From Phycisphaeraceae bacterium (GTDB lineage: Bacteria > Planctomycetota > Phycisphaerae > Phycisphaerales > UBA1924), in the NCBI GenBank assembly GCA_019636655.1, contig JAHBXB010000002.1:72537-136536 (forward strand): a DNA stretch of 64,000 bases, read 5' to 3'. A program made the position numbers and the translations under genes. Of this stretch, positions 9,466 through 18,221 are shown in pieces. Under the pieces are notes generated by a model. The model did no database searches. It was not told the origin of the DNA and was given only the letters and a program-made list of their open reading frames with translations. Positions within the stretch are counted from its first letter, which is position 1; every line of letters starts with the position of its first letter.

Positions 9466-9624
9466 GGAGTGGCCCTCAGAGATAGATGAAGTGGGCCATG
9501 CGCAGGCAGCGGTGCAACCCGGGGGCACCTCGCCGCATACTGCTGGTACGGTCTGTGGGGCCGATGCGGCCTGCGCGGCCGACACCTCCGATAACGCGCA
9601 CCATGATCAGCCGCACTGCCGGCG

Positions 9625-10491
9625 TCACAAGGCTTGCAGGAGCGCCGAAAGCAGAACGATCAGGAGGAGCATTTTTACAATAAACGTCGCGATGGCGACC
9701 ACAACAGCATCGACGATCTCCATGTCGAGCATGGACATCAGCAGCCCCATGTACGTCAGGCACGGCAGGATCATGGTCAACAACGGGATCGGCAAGAGGT
9801 CGCAGAGGTGGGCGACCAGATCGACCACGACGTAAATGCCGGCGAGGCGCAGAGCTGTCAGGCCCATCGGCGCATCGAATCCGATCCACAGCATGCAGCA
9901 GACCCAGTAGACAGCGAGGCCAACCACTACCCCTATGCCTGTGGCAACCAGGTACGCCAATACGCTGCTCGCGCCCTGCCCGCCGAGTACCGCAACGCCC
10001 GCAACGCCAACAATCAGCATCACGAGGGGTTTGATGTATTCCTGCTGCGCGGTCTTGGCACCCTCCCGCTGACGCTTGGCTCGCTGTGAATGATCCTCGA
10101 GTACATCGACTCCGGTCTTGACGCCCAGCTGTTTCCCGGTCTTGGTGTTGAACCCGCAGTTGGTGCAGACGACGACGCCGGGGGCGATGAAGTTGCCGCA
10201 GCCCTTGCAGGGGCCGCCGGCGGGTTTGGCGGACGGGGCGGCCGCGGGCGCATCGGCGAGGCCGAAGATGGCGGCGTTGTCGTCGGCGGGGTCGAAGGCC
10301 CAGGGCTCCGATTCGGCGACGGCGGCGACGGGCGCCGCGGCGGCCTGGGCGGCGCGGTTGGCCTGCAAAGCCTCGACGCAGTCGCGGCAGGTGTACCGGC
10401 CAGCGGCGTCCTTGGTGCGCGGGCGCGATGAGCAATCCTGCTTGCAGCGGATGCAGATCTTGGCTGGCGGCGATCCCTGTGGCGTGGTCAT
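9625..10491 (-). CDS. Hypothetical membrane protein with two N-terminal zinc-ribbon (CxxC...CxxC) motifs
   Basis: CIRCKQDC...CRDC and CKGCGN...CTNCG, followed by about 4-5 hydrophobic helices. The start was chosen at the ATG at 10491 (the track start 10536 is a GTG). The TM half looks lower in GC. Confidence 0.55.
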   Translation of the reverse strand: MTTPQGSPPAKICIRCKQDCSSRPRTKDAAGRYTCRDCVEALQANRAAQAAAAPVAAVAESEPWAFDPADDNAAIFGLADAPAAAPSAKPAGGPCKGCGNFIAPGVVVCTNCGFNTKTGKQLGVKTGVDVLEDHSQRAKRQREGAKTAQQEYIKPLVMLIVGVAGVAVLGGQGASSVLAYLVATGIGVVVGLAVYWVCCMLWIGFDAPMGLTALRLAGIYVVVDLVAHLCDLLPIPLLTMILPCLTYMGLLMSMLDMEIVDAVVVAIATFIVKMLLLIVLLSALLQAL

Positions 10492-10535
10492 GTTCCGTGA
10501 TTCCCCGGGCGTCGTTGGGCCGCCTTGGCCGGGCA

Positions 10536-10799
10536 CTAGGATACCTGATCTTTGGAAGTTGCCAAGTCCGGCTTCCGCCAGTGGATGTAACCCCTGACAT
10601 TGAGAACGAGCAGAATCAGGTTGGTTCCCACGGTGGGCCAGGAGAGGGCGAGGACACCGAAGATCCCCCAGGTGATATTGGAAGCAACGCCGACGAGGAA
10701 GCCCTCGCGGCGGCGGCTGCCGAGGAGGTAGACGTAGCCGAGCATGAGGACCATGCCGAGCCAGTCGGTGCCGTAGTACGGGGTAAGCCAGTCCATCAT
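10536..10799 (-). CDS. Small hypothetical membrane protein (87 aa)
   Basis: Trimmed to MMDWLTPYYGTDWLGMVLML..., with GAGG about 10 nt upstream. Three hydrophobic segments. Confidence 0.5.
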   Translation of the reverse strand: MMDWLTPYYGTDWLGMVLMLGYVYLLGSRRREGFLVGVASNITWGIFGVLALSWPTVGTNLILLVLNVRGYIHWRKPDLATSKDQVS

Positions 10800-10940
10800 T
10801 GGGAGGCCTCTATTGGGTCGCTGGAGAGCATCGGATGGGCGAGCAGGGCCGCCGCAGAATCCCCTGAACCCCGACAGGCGGGCAGCGCTTTGCCGTATGC
10901 TGGCGGCGTTCGGTCCGCGTTGGACACAAGAGGACAATCA

Positions 10941-11873
10941 ATGCACGATGTGCTGGTGGCGCGATCGCTGAGCAAGTCGTTCGGGGCCACGCGGGCCCTG
11001 GATGGCGCTTCGGTGTCGCTCCGGCGCGGGGAGTGGCTGGGGCTGCTGGGGCCCAACGGGGCGGGGAAGACGACGCTGATCCGGACGATCTGCGGGCGGG
11101 TGCGGCCGGGGGAGGGGGAGGTGGTGCTGTTCGGTCAGCGCGTTGACGCCGCGGGGCCCAAGGGCGTCGAGGTGGATGCGGCGCGATCGCGGATGGGGGT
11201 GGTGCCGCAGGAGATTGCGCTGTACGACGCGCTGACGGCGCGGGAGAACATCCGCGTGTTCGGCTCGCTGGCGGGCGTGGGGCGGGTGGAGTTGGCGGAG
11301 CGGGAGGGGTGGGCGCTCGCGTGGACGGGGCTGGAGGACCGGGCGGACGAGGTGGTGCGGGGGTTTTCGGGTGGGATGAAGCGGCGGCTGAACATCGCGT
11401 GCGCGGTGCTGCACAAGCCGGAGGTGCTGCTGCTGGACGAGCCGACCGTGGGGGTTGATCCGCAGAGTCGCGAGCGGATCTGGGAGATGCTGACGCTGCT
11501 CAAGGCGGGCGGGACGAGCCTGCTGCTGACGACGCACCAGTTGGATGAGGCGCAGCGCGTGTGCGACCGGGTGGTGATCATCGATCACGGGAAGGTAATC
11601 GCGGAGGGACGATTCGACGACCTGGTGGCGCGGACGATCGGGCCGGCGCGGCGGGTGCGGCTGACACTGGACAGCGCGTGGAGCGGGGAGGACCTGGGGG
11701 GCCGGATCGACGGGGCGATGGTGGAGTGGGCGATGGAGGATGTGGCGCTGGGGCTGCCGGAGGTGCTGGAGAAGATCGCCAGGGCCGGGCGGCGCGTGGA
11801 GGATGTCCACATCGAGGCGCCGAGCCTGCAGGCGGTGTTCATACACCTGACAGGGCGGGAGTTGCGGGAATGA
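10941..11873 (+). CDS. ABC transporter ATP-binding protein (ABC-2 exporter type)
   Basis: Walker [10 protein letters not shown], signature FSGGMKRRL, Walker B LLLLDEP. GAGGA lies 6 nt upstream of the ATG at 10941. The track ORF's N-terminal extension was rejected. Confidence 0.9.
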   Translation: MHDVLVARSLSKSFGATRALDGASVSLRRGEWLGLLGPNGAGKTTLIRTICGRVRPGEGEVVLFGQRVDAAGPKGVEVDAARSRMGVVPQEIALYDALTARENIRVFGSLAGVGRVELAEREGWALAWTGLEDRADEVVRGFSGGMKRRLNIACAVLHKPEVLLLDEPTVGVDPQSRERIWEMLTLLKAGGTSLLLTTHQLDEAQRVCDRVVIIDHGKVIAEGRFDDLVARTIGPARRVRLTLDSAWSGEDLGGRIDGAMVEWAMEDVALGLPEVLEKIARAGRRVEDVHIEAPSLQAVFIHLTGRELRE

Positions 11874-13186
11874 TGGGCACGCTGATGAGGGCGTGGCTGA
11901 TCCAGCTCCGGCGCGACCGCGTCGCGATGCTGCTGACCTTCGCGCTGCCGCTGGTGTTCTTCACGATCTTCGCCGGGCTGTTCTCGGGGATGGGGGGTCG
12001 GGGGTCGACGCCGAAGGTCAAGCTCGTGGTGGTGGACGAGGACCGATCGGAGGCGAGCGGGCGGTTCATCGCGGGGCTGAGCAAGGAGGATGGCCTGACG
12101 GTCATCCGCGAAGAGGGGAACCCCGGGGCGCCGATCTCGAAAGAGCGGGCGCGGGAGATGGTGGCCAACGGGAAGGTGCCGCTGGCCGCGGTGTTTCCCA
12201 AGGGGTTCGGCCAGTCGTTCGGGGACTTCATCGGCGGCGGGGTGGAGGTGGAGCTGCTGGCGGACACATCGGACCCGGTGGCGCCGCAGATGGTGTCGGG
12301 GCTGATGCAGGCCGCGGCGATGACCGCGATGCCGGACCTGATGGCGACGAAGGGGTTCGACCTGTTCGAGAAGTTCGCCGGCGGGTTCACGCCGGAGCAG
12401 CAGAAGGCGGTGGATCAGTGGCTGCCGATGCTGAGGCAGCAGGCGGAAGAAAAGCCGGCCGACGGCGCGGCGGCGTCGACGGCGGAGGGTGACAAGGACG
12501 CGGCCGCGGGCGGTGGGCCGGGATTCCGCGGCCTGGTCGGGGTGAAACTGGTGGACGTGCTGGGCGAGGGCAAGACGACGCGGGCGATCACATCGATGTT
12601 TGCGGCGACGGGGACGGGGGTGATGTTCCTGCTGTTCATGGCGTCGTCGGCGGCGGGGGTGTTGCTGGAAGAGGAGGAGTCGGGGGTGCTGGAGCGGCTG
12701 CTGTCATCGCGACTGACGATGGGGCGGCTGCTGGTGTACAAATGGCTGTTCGTGGCAGGCGTTGGGGTGGCGCAGGTAACGGTGATGTTCGTGTGGGGGG
12801 CGCTGGTGTTCGGCGTGGAGTTGTGGCAACACCTGCCTGAGTTCCTGGTGATCACGGCGGTGACGGCGGGGGCGGCGTCGGCGTTCGGGATGATGCTCGC
12901 GGCGGCGTGCAGGACGCGGGCGCAGCTGGGCGGGGTGTCGACGATCGCGATCCTGACGATGTCGGCGGTGGGCGGGAGCATGCTGCCGCGGGCGCTGATG
13001 TCGGAGACGATGCAGAAGGTGGGGCTGCTGACGTTCAACGGGTGGGCGCTGGATGGGTACTACAACGTGTTCTGGCGGGAGACTGGGGTGCGGGGGCTGT
13101 GGCCGCAGGTGACGGCGCTGGTGCTGATGGCGGCGGCGTTCCTGGGGATCGCCCGCGTGCTGGCGCGGCGGTGGGAAACGGTGTGA
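11870..13186 (+). CDS. ABC-2 family transporter permease
   Basis: ATGA stop/start overlap with the ATPase gene. N-terminal TM segment, a large extracytoplasmic loop, and a C-terminal cluster of about 5 TM helices. Confidence 0.85.
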   Translation: MMGTLMRAWLIQLRRDRVAMLLTFALPLVFFTIFAGLFSGMGGRGSTPKVKLVVVDEDRSEASGRFIAGLSKEDGLTVIREEGNPGAPISKERAREMVANGKVPLAAVFPKGFGQSFGDFIGGGVEVELLADTSDPVAPQMVSGLMQAAAMTAMPDLMATKGFDLFEKFAGGFTPEQQKAVDQWLPMLRQQAEEKPADGAAASTAEGDKDAAAGGGPGFRGLVGVKLVDVLGEGKTTRAITSMFAATGTGVMFLLFMASSAAGVLLEEEESGVLERLLSSRLTMGRLLVYKWLFVAGVGVAQVTVMFVWGALVFGVELWQHLPEFLVITAVTAGAASAFGMMLAAACRTRAQLGGVSTIAILTMSAVGGSMLPRALMSETMQKVGLLTFNGWALDGYYNVFWRETGVRGLWPQVTALVLMAAAFLGIARVLARRWETV

Positions 13187-13200
13187 GGCAAAACGAGATC

Positions 13201-13221
13201 GGCCCGGCGCGAAGCCGGGCC
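13201..13221 (+). terminator. GC-rich hairpin downstream of the ABC operon (possible terminator, no U-tract)
   Basis: GGCCCGGC-GCGAA-GCCGGGCC, 15 nt after the permease stop. Confidence 0.35.
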
Positions 13222-13410
13222 GTCCTCGATGGGGCCGCTGCCGGAGAGAGTGAGTCGAACGAACCGGCGGCGGCGGGGCACGGCCACCGGCACGACCGGG
13301 GCCTCATGCTGGGAGGGTACCGCGATCGGGCCTGAACCGGAAGCCGCGATGTGTTCAGCGGCGGCGAAGATTGGGCCAAGGGGCCCGCCGCGGCGGACGG
13401 AGCGAGGCCG

Positions 13411-14607
13411 CTACTTCATCAGGTCGACGAGGATGTCGAGGCCTCGGGAGAGCGTGGTCTCGTCGGTGGCGTAGGAGAGGCGGAGGTGCGTGTCGCGGTC
13501 GGAGAAGACCGAGCCGGGGATGACGAGCAGGCCGCGCTCGATGCAGCGCTCGACGAACTGGCCGGCGGAGAGACCGAGGTGGGCGGGGATCTTGGGGAAT
13601 GCGTAGAAGGCGCCACCGGGGACGGTGAGTTCGGTGACGCGTGAGAGCCGCTCGACGACCATGTCGCGCCGGTTCTGGTAGGCGGCGACGTGGTTGGACA
13701 TGTCGACGTCGAGCGCCGGGACGGCGCCCCACTGCAGGGCGGAGGGGGCGCAGACGAAGGAGTATTGCTGGAGCTTGGTCATCTCCTCGATCAGTCGCCG
13801 GGGGCCCGCGGCGTAGCCGAGGCGCCAGCCGGTGATGCCGTAGGTCTTGCCGAAGCCGCGGACGACGAGCACATCCTGCTCGGCGCCGGCGATGCGGGCG
13901 GGGGATGGGCAGACCGGGTTCGCGGCGGCGCCGACAACCTCGCGGGATTCGGAGTAGGTGAACTCGTCGTAGATCTCGTCGCTGACCAGCAGGATGTCGC
14001 GCCGGCGGCAGAGGTCGAGCAGTTCGGCGCAGAGCCGCTGGGTGGCGACGGTTCCCGCGGGGTTGGAGGGGGAGTTGAAGAGCACCATCTTGGTGCGCGG
14101 GGTGATCAGCGGCTCGACGCGGGCGGCGGTGAGCTGGAAGTCCGGGTAGGTGTTGCAGCGCACAGCGCGCCCCCCCACGACCGTCGCAAGGTGCGGGTAG
14201 AGGACGAAATAGGGATCGGGGATGATGATCTCGTCAAGCGGACCGACGAGGGCCATCACGGCGAGCCAGAGGGCGCCGGAGGTGCCGGAGGTGACGAGGA
14301 GACCGGGGTCGGTGGCGGAGGCCTCGGCGCGGGGGCGGGCGTCGACGTTCCAGCCGAGGTCGGACTTGAGATGGGCGGCGATGCGCTCGCGCAGGGCGGG
14401 GATGCCCTGGGTGACGGTGTAGCCGTTGCGGTCGCTTGTGATCGCCTCGACCGCCGCGCGCTTGATCGCATCGGGGACCGGGAAATCCGGCTGACCGATG
14501 GAGAGGTTGATGGGGTCCTTGAGCTTGGCGCCCAGGTCAAAGACGCGGCGGATACCGGAGGCGTCGACGAGGCGGGCCCGCTGCGAAATGAGGCGGTCGA
14601 TGTTCAT
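13411..14607 (-). CDS. Pyridoxal-phosphate-dependent aminotransferase (class I/II, AspC-like)
   Basis: 398 aa with INLSIGQPDF, NSPSNPAG and GFGKTYGITGWRLGY (the PLP-Lys region). Confidence 0.9.
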   Translation of the reverse strand: MNIDRLISQRARLVDASGIRRVFDLGAKLKDPINLSIGQPDFPVPDAIKRAAVEAITSDRNGYTVTQGIPALRERIAAHLKSDLGWNVDARPRAEASATDPGLLVTSGTSGALWLAVMALVGPLDEIIIPDPYFVLYPHLATVVGGRAVRCNTYPDFQLTAARVEPLITPRTKMVLFNSPSNPAGTVATQRLCAELLDLCRRRDILLVSDEIYDEFTYSESREVVGAAANPVCPSPARIAGAEQDVLVVRGFGKTYGITGWRLGYAAGPRRLIEEMTKLQQYSFVCAPSALQWGAVPALDVDMSNHVAAYQNRRDMVVERLSRVTELTVPGGAFYAFPKIPAHLGLSAGQFVERCIERGLLVIPGSVFSDRDTHLRLSYATDETTLSRGLDILVDLMK

Positions 14608-14676
14608 GCTGGCCCCACCACTATCAGAGCCCCGCAGGCCAGCCGGCGCCCGACGGGCGCCGCAGGGCGACGGGGG

Positions 14677-14838
14677 CTACCGCTTGCCGACGTTGGTCTT
14701 GGGCAGGCCAAGGGCACGGGGCTTCTTGGCGTCCATCTTCTTGTCGGCGATCATTTTGGTCATCCGCTCGGCGCGGGTCAGCACGCTGCGTGCGGAGGCC
14801 ATGGTGCTGGAGGTCTTCAGCGAACGGTCGAGGCTCAT
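14677..14838 (-). CDS. Small basic protein (53 aa), PVC-superphylum type; absent from the ORF track because it is under 60 aa
   Basis: Hand translation gives MSLDRSLKTSSTMASARSVLTRAERMTKMIADKKMDAKKPRALGLPKTNVGKR*. It matches my recollection of the 'small basic protein' family (RSLK...RSVLTR.ER...GLPK). Confidence 0.65.
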   Translation of the reverse strand: MSLDRSLKTSSTMASARSVLTRAERMTKMIADKKMDAKKPRALGLPKTNVGKR

Positions 14839-14877
14839 GAGCGGTCCCTTTGTCCGAGATCCCCGGCGGCCGGTCGG

Positions 14878-15747
14878 CTAGGGGGTGCCGGACTTGTACA
14901 GTTCCCAGGCGAAGTCGAAGGTTGTATTCCCCCGGCGGTCCTTCTTCCACCCGATCCGACGGACGTCGGCCTCGAGTTCAGACCGGCGGGCGCTGTTCCG
15001 GAACTGACCCGAGGGGATCCCCTCGAGCACCAGAACACGCCAGCGACCATTCTTTGCGCGTTCGGAGTCCGGATCAACCTTGTCGCCGTAGGGGACCATC
15101 CCGGCGGGGAGGCCGTTGGTGGTCAGGAACGCCGCGGTAGCCTGGGCGTCGCTGTATGAGGTGGTGACGACGTAGAGGTAGTTGTTGCCGTTCACCCTGG
15201 GGTCGGGACCAGGGCTGGGGGATTCGGGGGTGATGGGCTGGACGGAGGGGGTGTTTTGCGCTCGCGGTTCGGTCCGCGGTGCGGCCGGCGGGGGCTGCGG
15301 GCGGGGGTCGACATCCTCGGCGGGCTGGAGGGGCGGGGCCCCACTGCTCTCGGCGACCCGCTGGAGGAGCTGAGCCTTCTGGCGGCGCTCCCCGGCGGTG
15401 TAGGCGATGATCCAGGTCAGGCCGAGGACCACGACAAGGACGCTGACGCCGATCAGCAGCATTCGGCCGGGGACGATGTAGGTCCGCTCGATCGCCTGCT
15501 TGACCGACGCAGCGAGGGACTCCCTGGCCGAGCCGGTGGAGGGGGAGGAGTCGGCGGCGTCGTCATCGGCAACGGGCCGGAGGACTCGCGGACCGTTGAG
15601 GACCCGGGGCGAGGCAGGCGTGGATTTCGGAGCGGGCGCGGGGACGGGGACCTCGACGGGGGGAGAGTCCGGCGCGACGGACGCCTTGGCGGGGGTGGTC
15701 TCCCGCATGGCCTCGAACAGTGGCGTGAGCCGGCGGCCGCGTGACAT
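14878..15747 (-). CDS. Membrane-anchored protein with a Pro-rich linker and a C-terminal SPOR-like domain
   Basis: Trimmed to the ATG at 15747 (MSRGRRL...). One TM segment (MLLIGVSVLVVVLGLTWIIAY). The C-terminus NYLYVVTTSYSDAQATAAFL...RWRVLVLEGIPSGQF resembles SPOR. Confidence 0.6.
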   Translation of the reverse strand: MSRGRRLTPLFEAMRETTPAKASVAPDSPPVEVPVPAPAPKSTPASPRVLNGPRVLRPVADDDAADSSPSTGSARESLAASVKQAIERTYIVPGRMLLIGVSVLVVVLGLTWIIAYTAGERRQKAQLLQRVAESSGAPPLQPAEDVDPRPQPPPAAPRTEPRAQNTPSVQPITPESPSPGPDPRVNGNNYLYVVTTSYSDAQATAAFLTTNGLPAGMVPYGDKVDPDSERAKNGRWRVLVLEGIPSGQFRNSARRSELEADVRRIGWKKDRRGNTTFDFAWELYKSGTP

Positions 15748-15855
15748 GGTGCAATTATCCTCAGACCGGGTGCGGCGTGCAATGGGGGCGGCTGGAAGGG
15801 GGAGGGGGCGGTGGCGGGCGATCCGGGCGGGAGGTTCCCCTATACTCGTCGGCTT

Positions 15856-16401
15856 ATGGCCATCAAGGAACAGGACATTCTGCGTCTGGAATCGCCGGAG
15901 ATGAACCGGCTGGAGAGCGTGTACCTCCCGGCGATCTTCAAGGGGTTCGGGACGACGCTGCGCCACATGTTCGGGACGATCGTCGGGGGGAAGAACTTCC
16001 TGACGCTGCAGTACCCCGAGGAGCGGCGGGAGCAGATGCCGGTGGACAAGGGGGGGGTGGAGGTCCGGAACTTCCGGGGCGTGCACCGGCTGAACCGCGA
16101 CGAGGAGGGGCGGGTAAAGTGCGTGGCATGCATGATGTGCCCGACGCTGTGCCCGGCGCGGTGCATCCACATCGAGGCCGCCGAGTCGCCCTGGGACGAC
16201 CGGGAGAAGTACCCGAAGAAGTTCGAGATCGACGAGCTGCGGTGCATCTTCTGCGGGATGTGCGAGGAAGCGTGCCCGGTGGACGCGATCGAACTGACGA
16301 TGGAGTACGACGTGTACGGGCTGTCGCGGCAGGAGATGGTGTTCGACAAAGAGAAGCTGCTGCACGTGTACGACGTGACGATCAACCGCAAGCCGATGTA
16401 A
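15856..16401 (+). CDS. nuoI: NuoI-like 2x[4Fe-4S] ferredoxin (NADH-quinone oxidoreductase subunit I family), not next to other nuo genes
   Basis: LRHMF...LQYPEE...FRGVHRL, CVACMMCPTLCP and CIFCGMCEEACPVDAI. Confidence 0.8.
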   Translation: MAIKEQDILRLESPEMNRLESVYLPAIFKGFGTTLRHMFGTIVGGKNFLTLQYPEERREQMPVDKGGVEVRNFRGVHRLNRDEEGRVKCVACMMCPTLCPARCIHIEAAESPWDDREKYPKKFEIDELRCIFCGMCEEACPVDAIELTMEYDVYGLSRQEMVFDKEKLLHVYDVTINRKPM

Positions 16402-16478
16402 GCGACCGGTCGAGCCGGACCACGCGTCGATGTGGCCTGTGCTCTCCTTTTCTCGCAATTCGCCGATCTCTACGATCC

Positions 16479-16521
16479 AAAAAAGAGGGGAAGGCCGGCT
16501 CTCCCGCTTCCGGCCTTCCCC
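16479..16521 (-). terminator. Rho-independent terminator for the PEP-CTERM gene 16549-17109
   Basis: 12-bp stem GGGGAAGGCCGG/CCGGCCTTCCCC with an 11-nt loop, followed on the minus strand by TCTTTTTT. Confidence 0.7.
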
Positions 16522-16548
16522 GCAACGGACCGAGATGTCGCGCGAGTG

Positions 16549-17109
16549 CTAGCGGCGTCGCCGCAGCAGCATCGCGCCGCCCGCACCCAGGAGCGCGAGG
16601 CTCCCCGGCGCCGGGACGGGGTTGAACCCGACCACGAGTTTGTACTCGAACGATTCCTGGTGCGCCCCCGTGGGGATCCGCGGCGGGTTGGTGCCGGAGA
16701 GCCCCAGGTCGAGATCATCGAATCCGGTGACGCCCAGGAAGTAGGTGCCCGCGCTCACGGTCGCCTCGAAAGCCGAGAAGAGGCCGAGCCCCGAATCGTC
16801 ATCGAAGGCGACGATCGTGCTGCCGGGGCCGACGAGGATGATCTGACTGTCGCCCGAGAGGCTGTTGGGCCGCCCGAAAGTCGAGGCGTTGATGATGGTC
16901 TCGATCGGGAGCGTGAAGGTGATCCAGTCGACATCGCCCGGAGAGATGGCGCCGTCAAAGGCAAACGCGCCGGTGGGGTACTGCGAGGCGACGATGGCGT
17001 TCGCCGTCGCCATCGTGTTGTTCGGCTCGGACTCCAGGATGGGCTGCGCGAAGGCCGCCCCCGATGCGCCCGCAATGGCCGCCGCACACACAAGCAGTCT
17101 GGTTCGCAT
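16549..17109 (-). CDS. PEP-CTERM-anchored secreted protein with a pre-peptidase C-terminal (PPC)-like domain
   Basis: Signal peptide, EPNNTMATANAI, and the C-terminal VPAPGSLALLGAGGAMLLRRRR. Confidence 0.8.
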   Translation of the reverse strand: MRTRLLVCAAAIAGASGAAFAQPILESEPNNTMATANAIVASQYPTGAFAFDGAISPGDVDWITFTLPIETIINASTFGRPNSLSGDSQIILVGPGSTIVAFDDDSGLGLFSAFEATVSAGTYFLGVTGFDDLDLGLSGTNPPRIPTGAHQESFEYKLVVGFNPVPAPGSLALLGAGGAMLLRRRR

Positions 17110-17153
17110 CTGAGGTTCTCCTGTCTCTTCACATATGAGGCAGTGGGAAGCGA

Positions 17154-17765
17154 CTAACGACGACGGCGGTGGGCGAGCAAGGCGGCGGCCGCGAGCAGGG
17201 CCCCGGCGCCGGGCGCGGGAACCGCGGGGACCTTGTCGGACCCGCCGTTCTCGAAGCCGCGGAAGCGGACGATGAACCCGTAGGGCGCACCAGCCGTGAG
17301 GAACGAGGACTCGGTCAACTGGCCCGCATCCGAGCCGGTGATCTGGAACTGGAACAGGCCGGTCTGGCCGACGCCGATCCCCGGGTGCGGGTTGCCGCCG
17401 CCGAGGAAGTTGCCGCCGATGGCCGCGCCCGCGTCGTAGGTGCCGAAGGGGGCGGCGTTGGGGCCCGTGAGCTGGGTGAAGGGGAAGTCCGCTGACGAGA
17501 GGGAGGCGCCGGCGTTCAGGTCCGACGAGGGAATGTCAAAGACAAAGCCGGTGATGAAGCCGCCGTTGGCCGCGGGGCTGGTGTTGGTCAGCATGACCGA
17601 GAGCAGGCCGGAGGTTTCCGAGCCCGGGGTGTACTTCAACTCGCCGGTGAACCGGCCGAGGCCCTCGGTGCTGGCCGATTCGAGGGAGGAGAAAGAAACC
17701 GACCCAAATGCCAGCGACGAAGCGCCGAGCACGGCCAGGGTCGAAATGGCGGGGAGTTTTCGCAT
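17154..17765 (-). CDS. PEP-CTERM-anchored secreted protein
   Basis: Signal peptide and the C-terminal VPAPGAGALLAAAALLAHRRRR. Confidence 0.8.
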   Translation of the reverse strand: MRKLPAISTLAVLGASSLAFGSVSFSSLESASTEGLGRFTGELKYTPGSETSGLLSVMLTNTSPAANGGFITGFVFDIPSSDLNAGASLSSADFPFTQLTGPNAAPFGTYDAGAAIGGNFLGGGNPHPGIGVGQTGLFQFQITGSDAGQLTESSFLTAGAPYGFIVRFRGFENGGSDKVPAVPAPGAGALLAAAALLAHRRRR

Positions 17766-18221
17766 GGGTGGTCCGGGAAGAGGTCCTCTTCGCGCCGGGG
17801 GAAAAACCCGCGGCGTCTGCCCGGATCACGATCTGCGGCGGTCGACGGTGTGAGAGGTCCGTCGGCGCGGCGAGAGGCCGGAGCGGGGAGTGACGGACGC
17901 TGGGCAGCGGCGTCCGAAATCCGACGCAGGGCCGAAACAAAGACACTTCGCGCGTTCTCAAGAACGGGCGCGGCCTGAGTCTCTCTCTTGATATACGGCC
18001 GACCGGGAGGCCCCTCCGTCGCTCTCTCCCTCAAACCGGTCAGTGCAAGTCTACCTCACCGTTGATCGGAAGCAAGGGTGTGGCGCGAGATCGCGGGCGC
18101 GGGGGCATCCGGTGGCGATCGGCTGTGAAACCAAGGGCATCCTCGGAGTAACTGCGGAGGGGACGGATCAACACCGGTTTGCGGGTGAGAGGGCCGATAA
18201 TCCGGGAGTTGGGCGGGGCGA

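Noticed and set aside
10428-10940. N-terminal extensions of the ABC ATPase ORF (10428) and the permease ORF (11561) in the track
   Set aside because: The extensions overlap other genes and have junk composition. Internal starts with a GAGGA SD (10941) and an ATGA coupling (11870) give canonical N-termini.
13222-13410. A 190-nt gap between the ABC-operon hairpin and the aminotransferase stop, considered as a possible sRNA
   Set aside because: No recognisable RNA family motif, no promoter-like element and no clean terminator (the U-tract on the minus strand is separated from the stem). It may simply be a 3' UTR.
14624-14950. A 108-aa minus-strand ORF in the aminotransferase/SPOR-like gap
   Set aside because: Its composition is junk-like R/P/G/Q-rich. 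A different frame encodes the 53-aa small basic protein (14677-14838), which has a recognisable family pattern.
14878-16458. A 526-aa track ORF suggesting a large minus-strand protein
   Set aside because: The upstream ~237 codons are antisense to the clear nuoI-like gene and are R/P/H/L-rich junk. The credible protein starts at the ATG at 15747 (MSRGRRL...).
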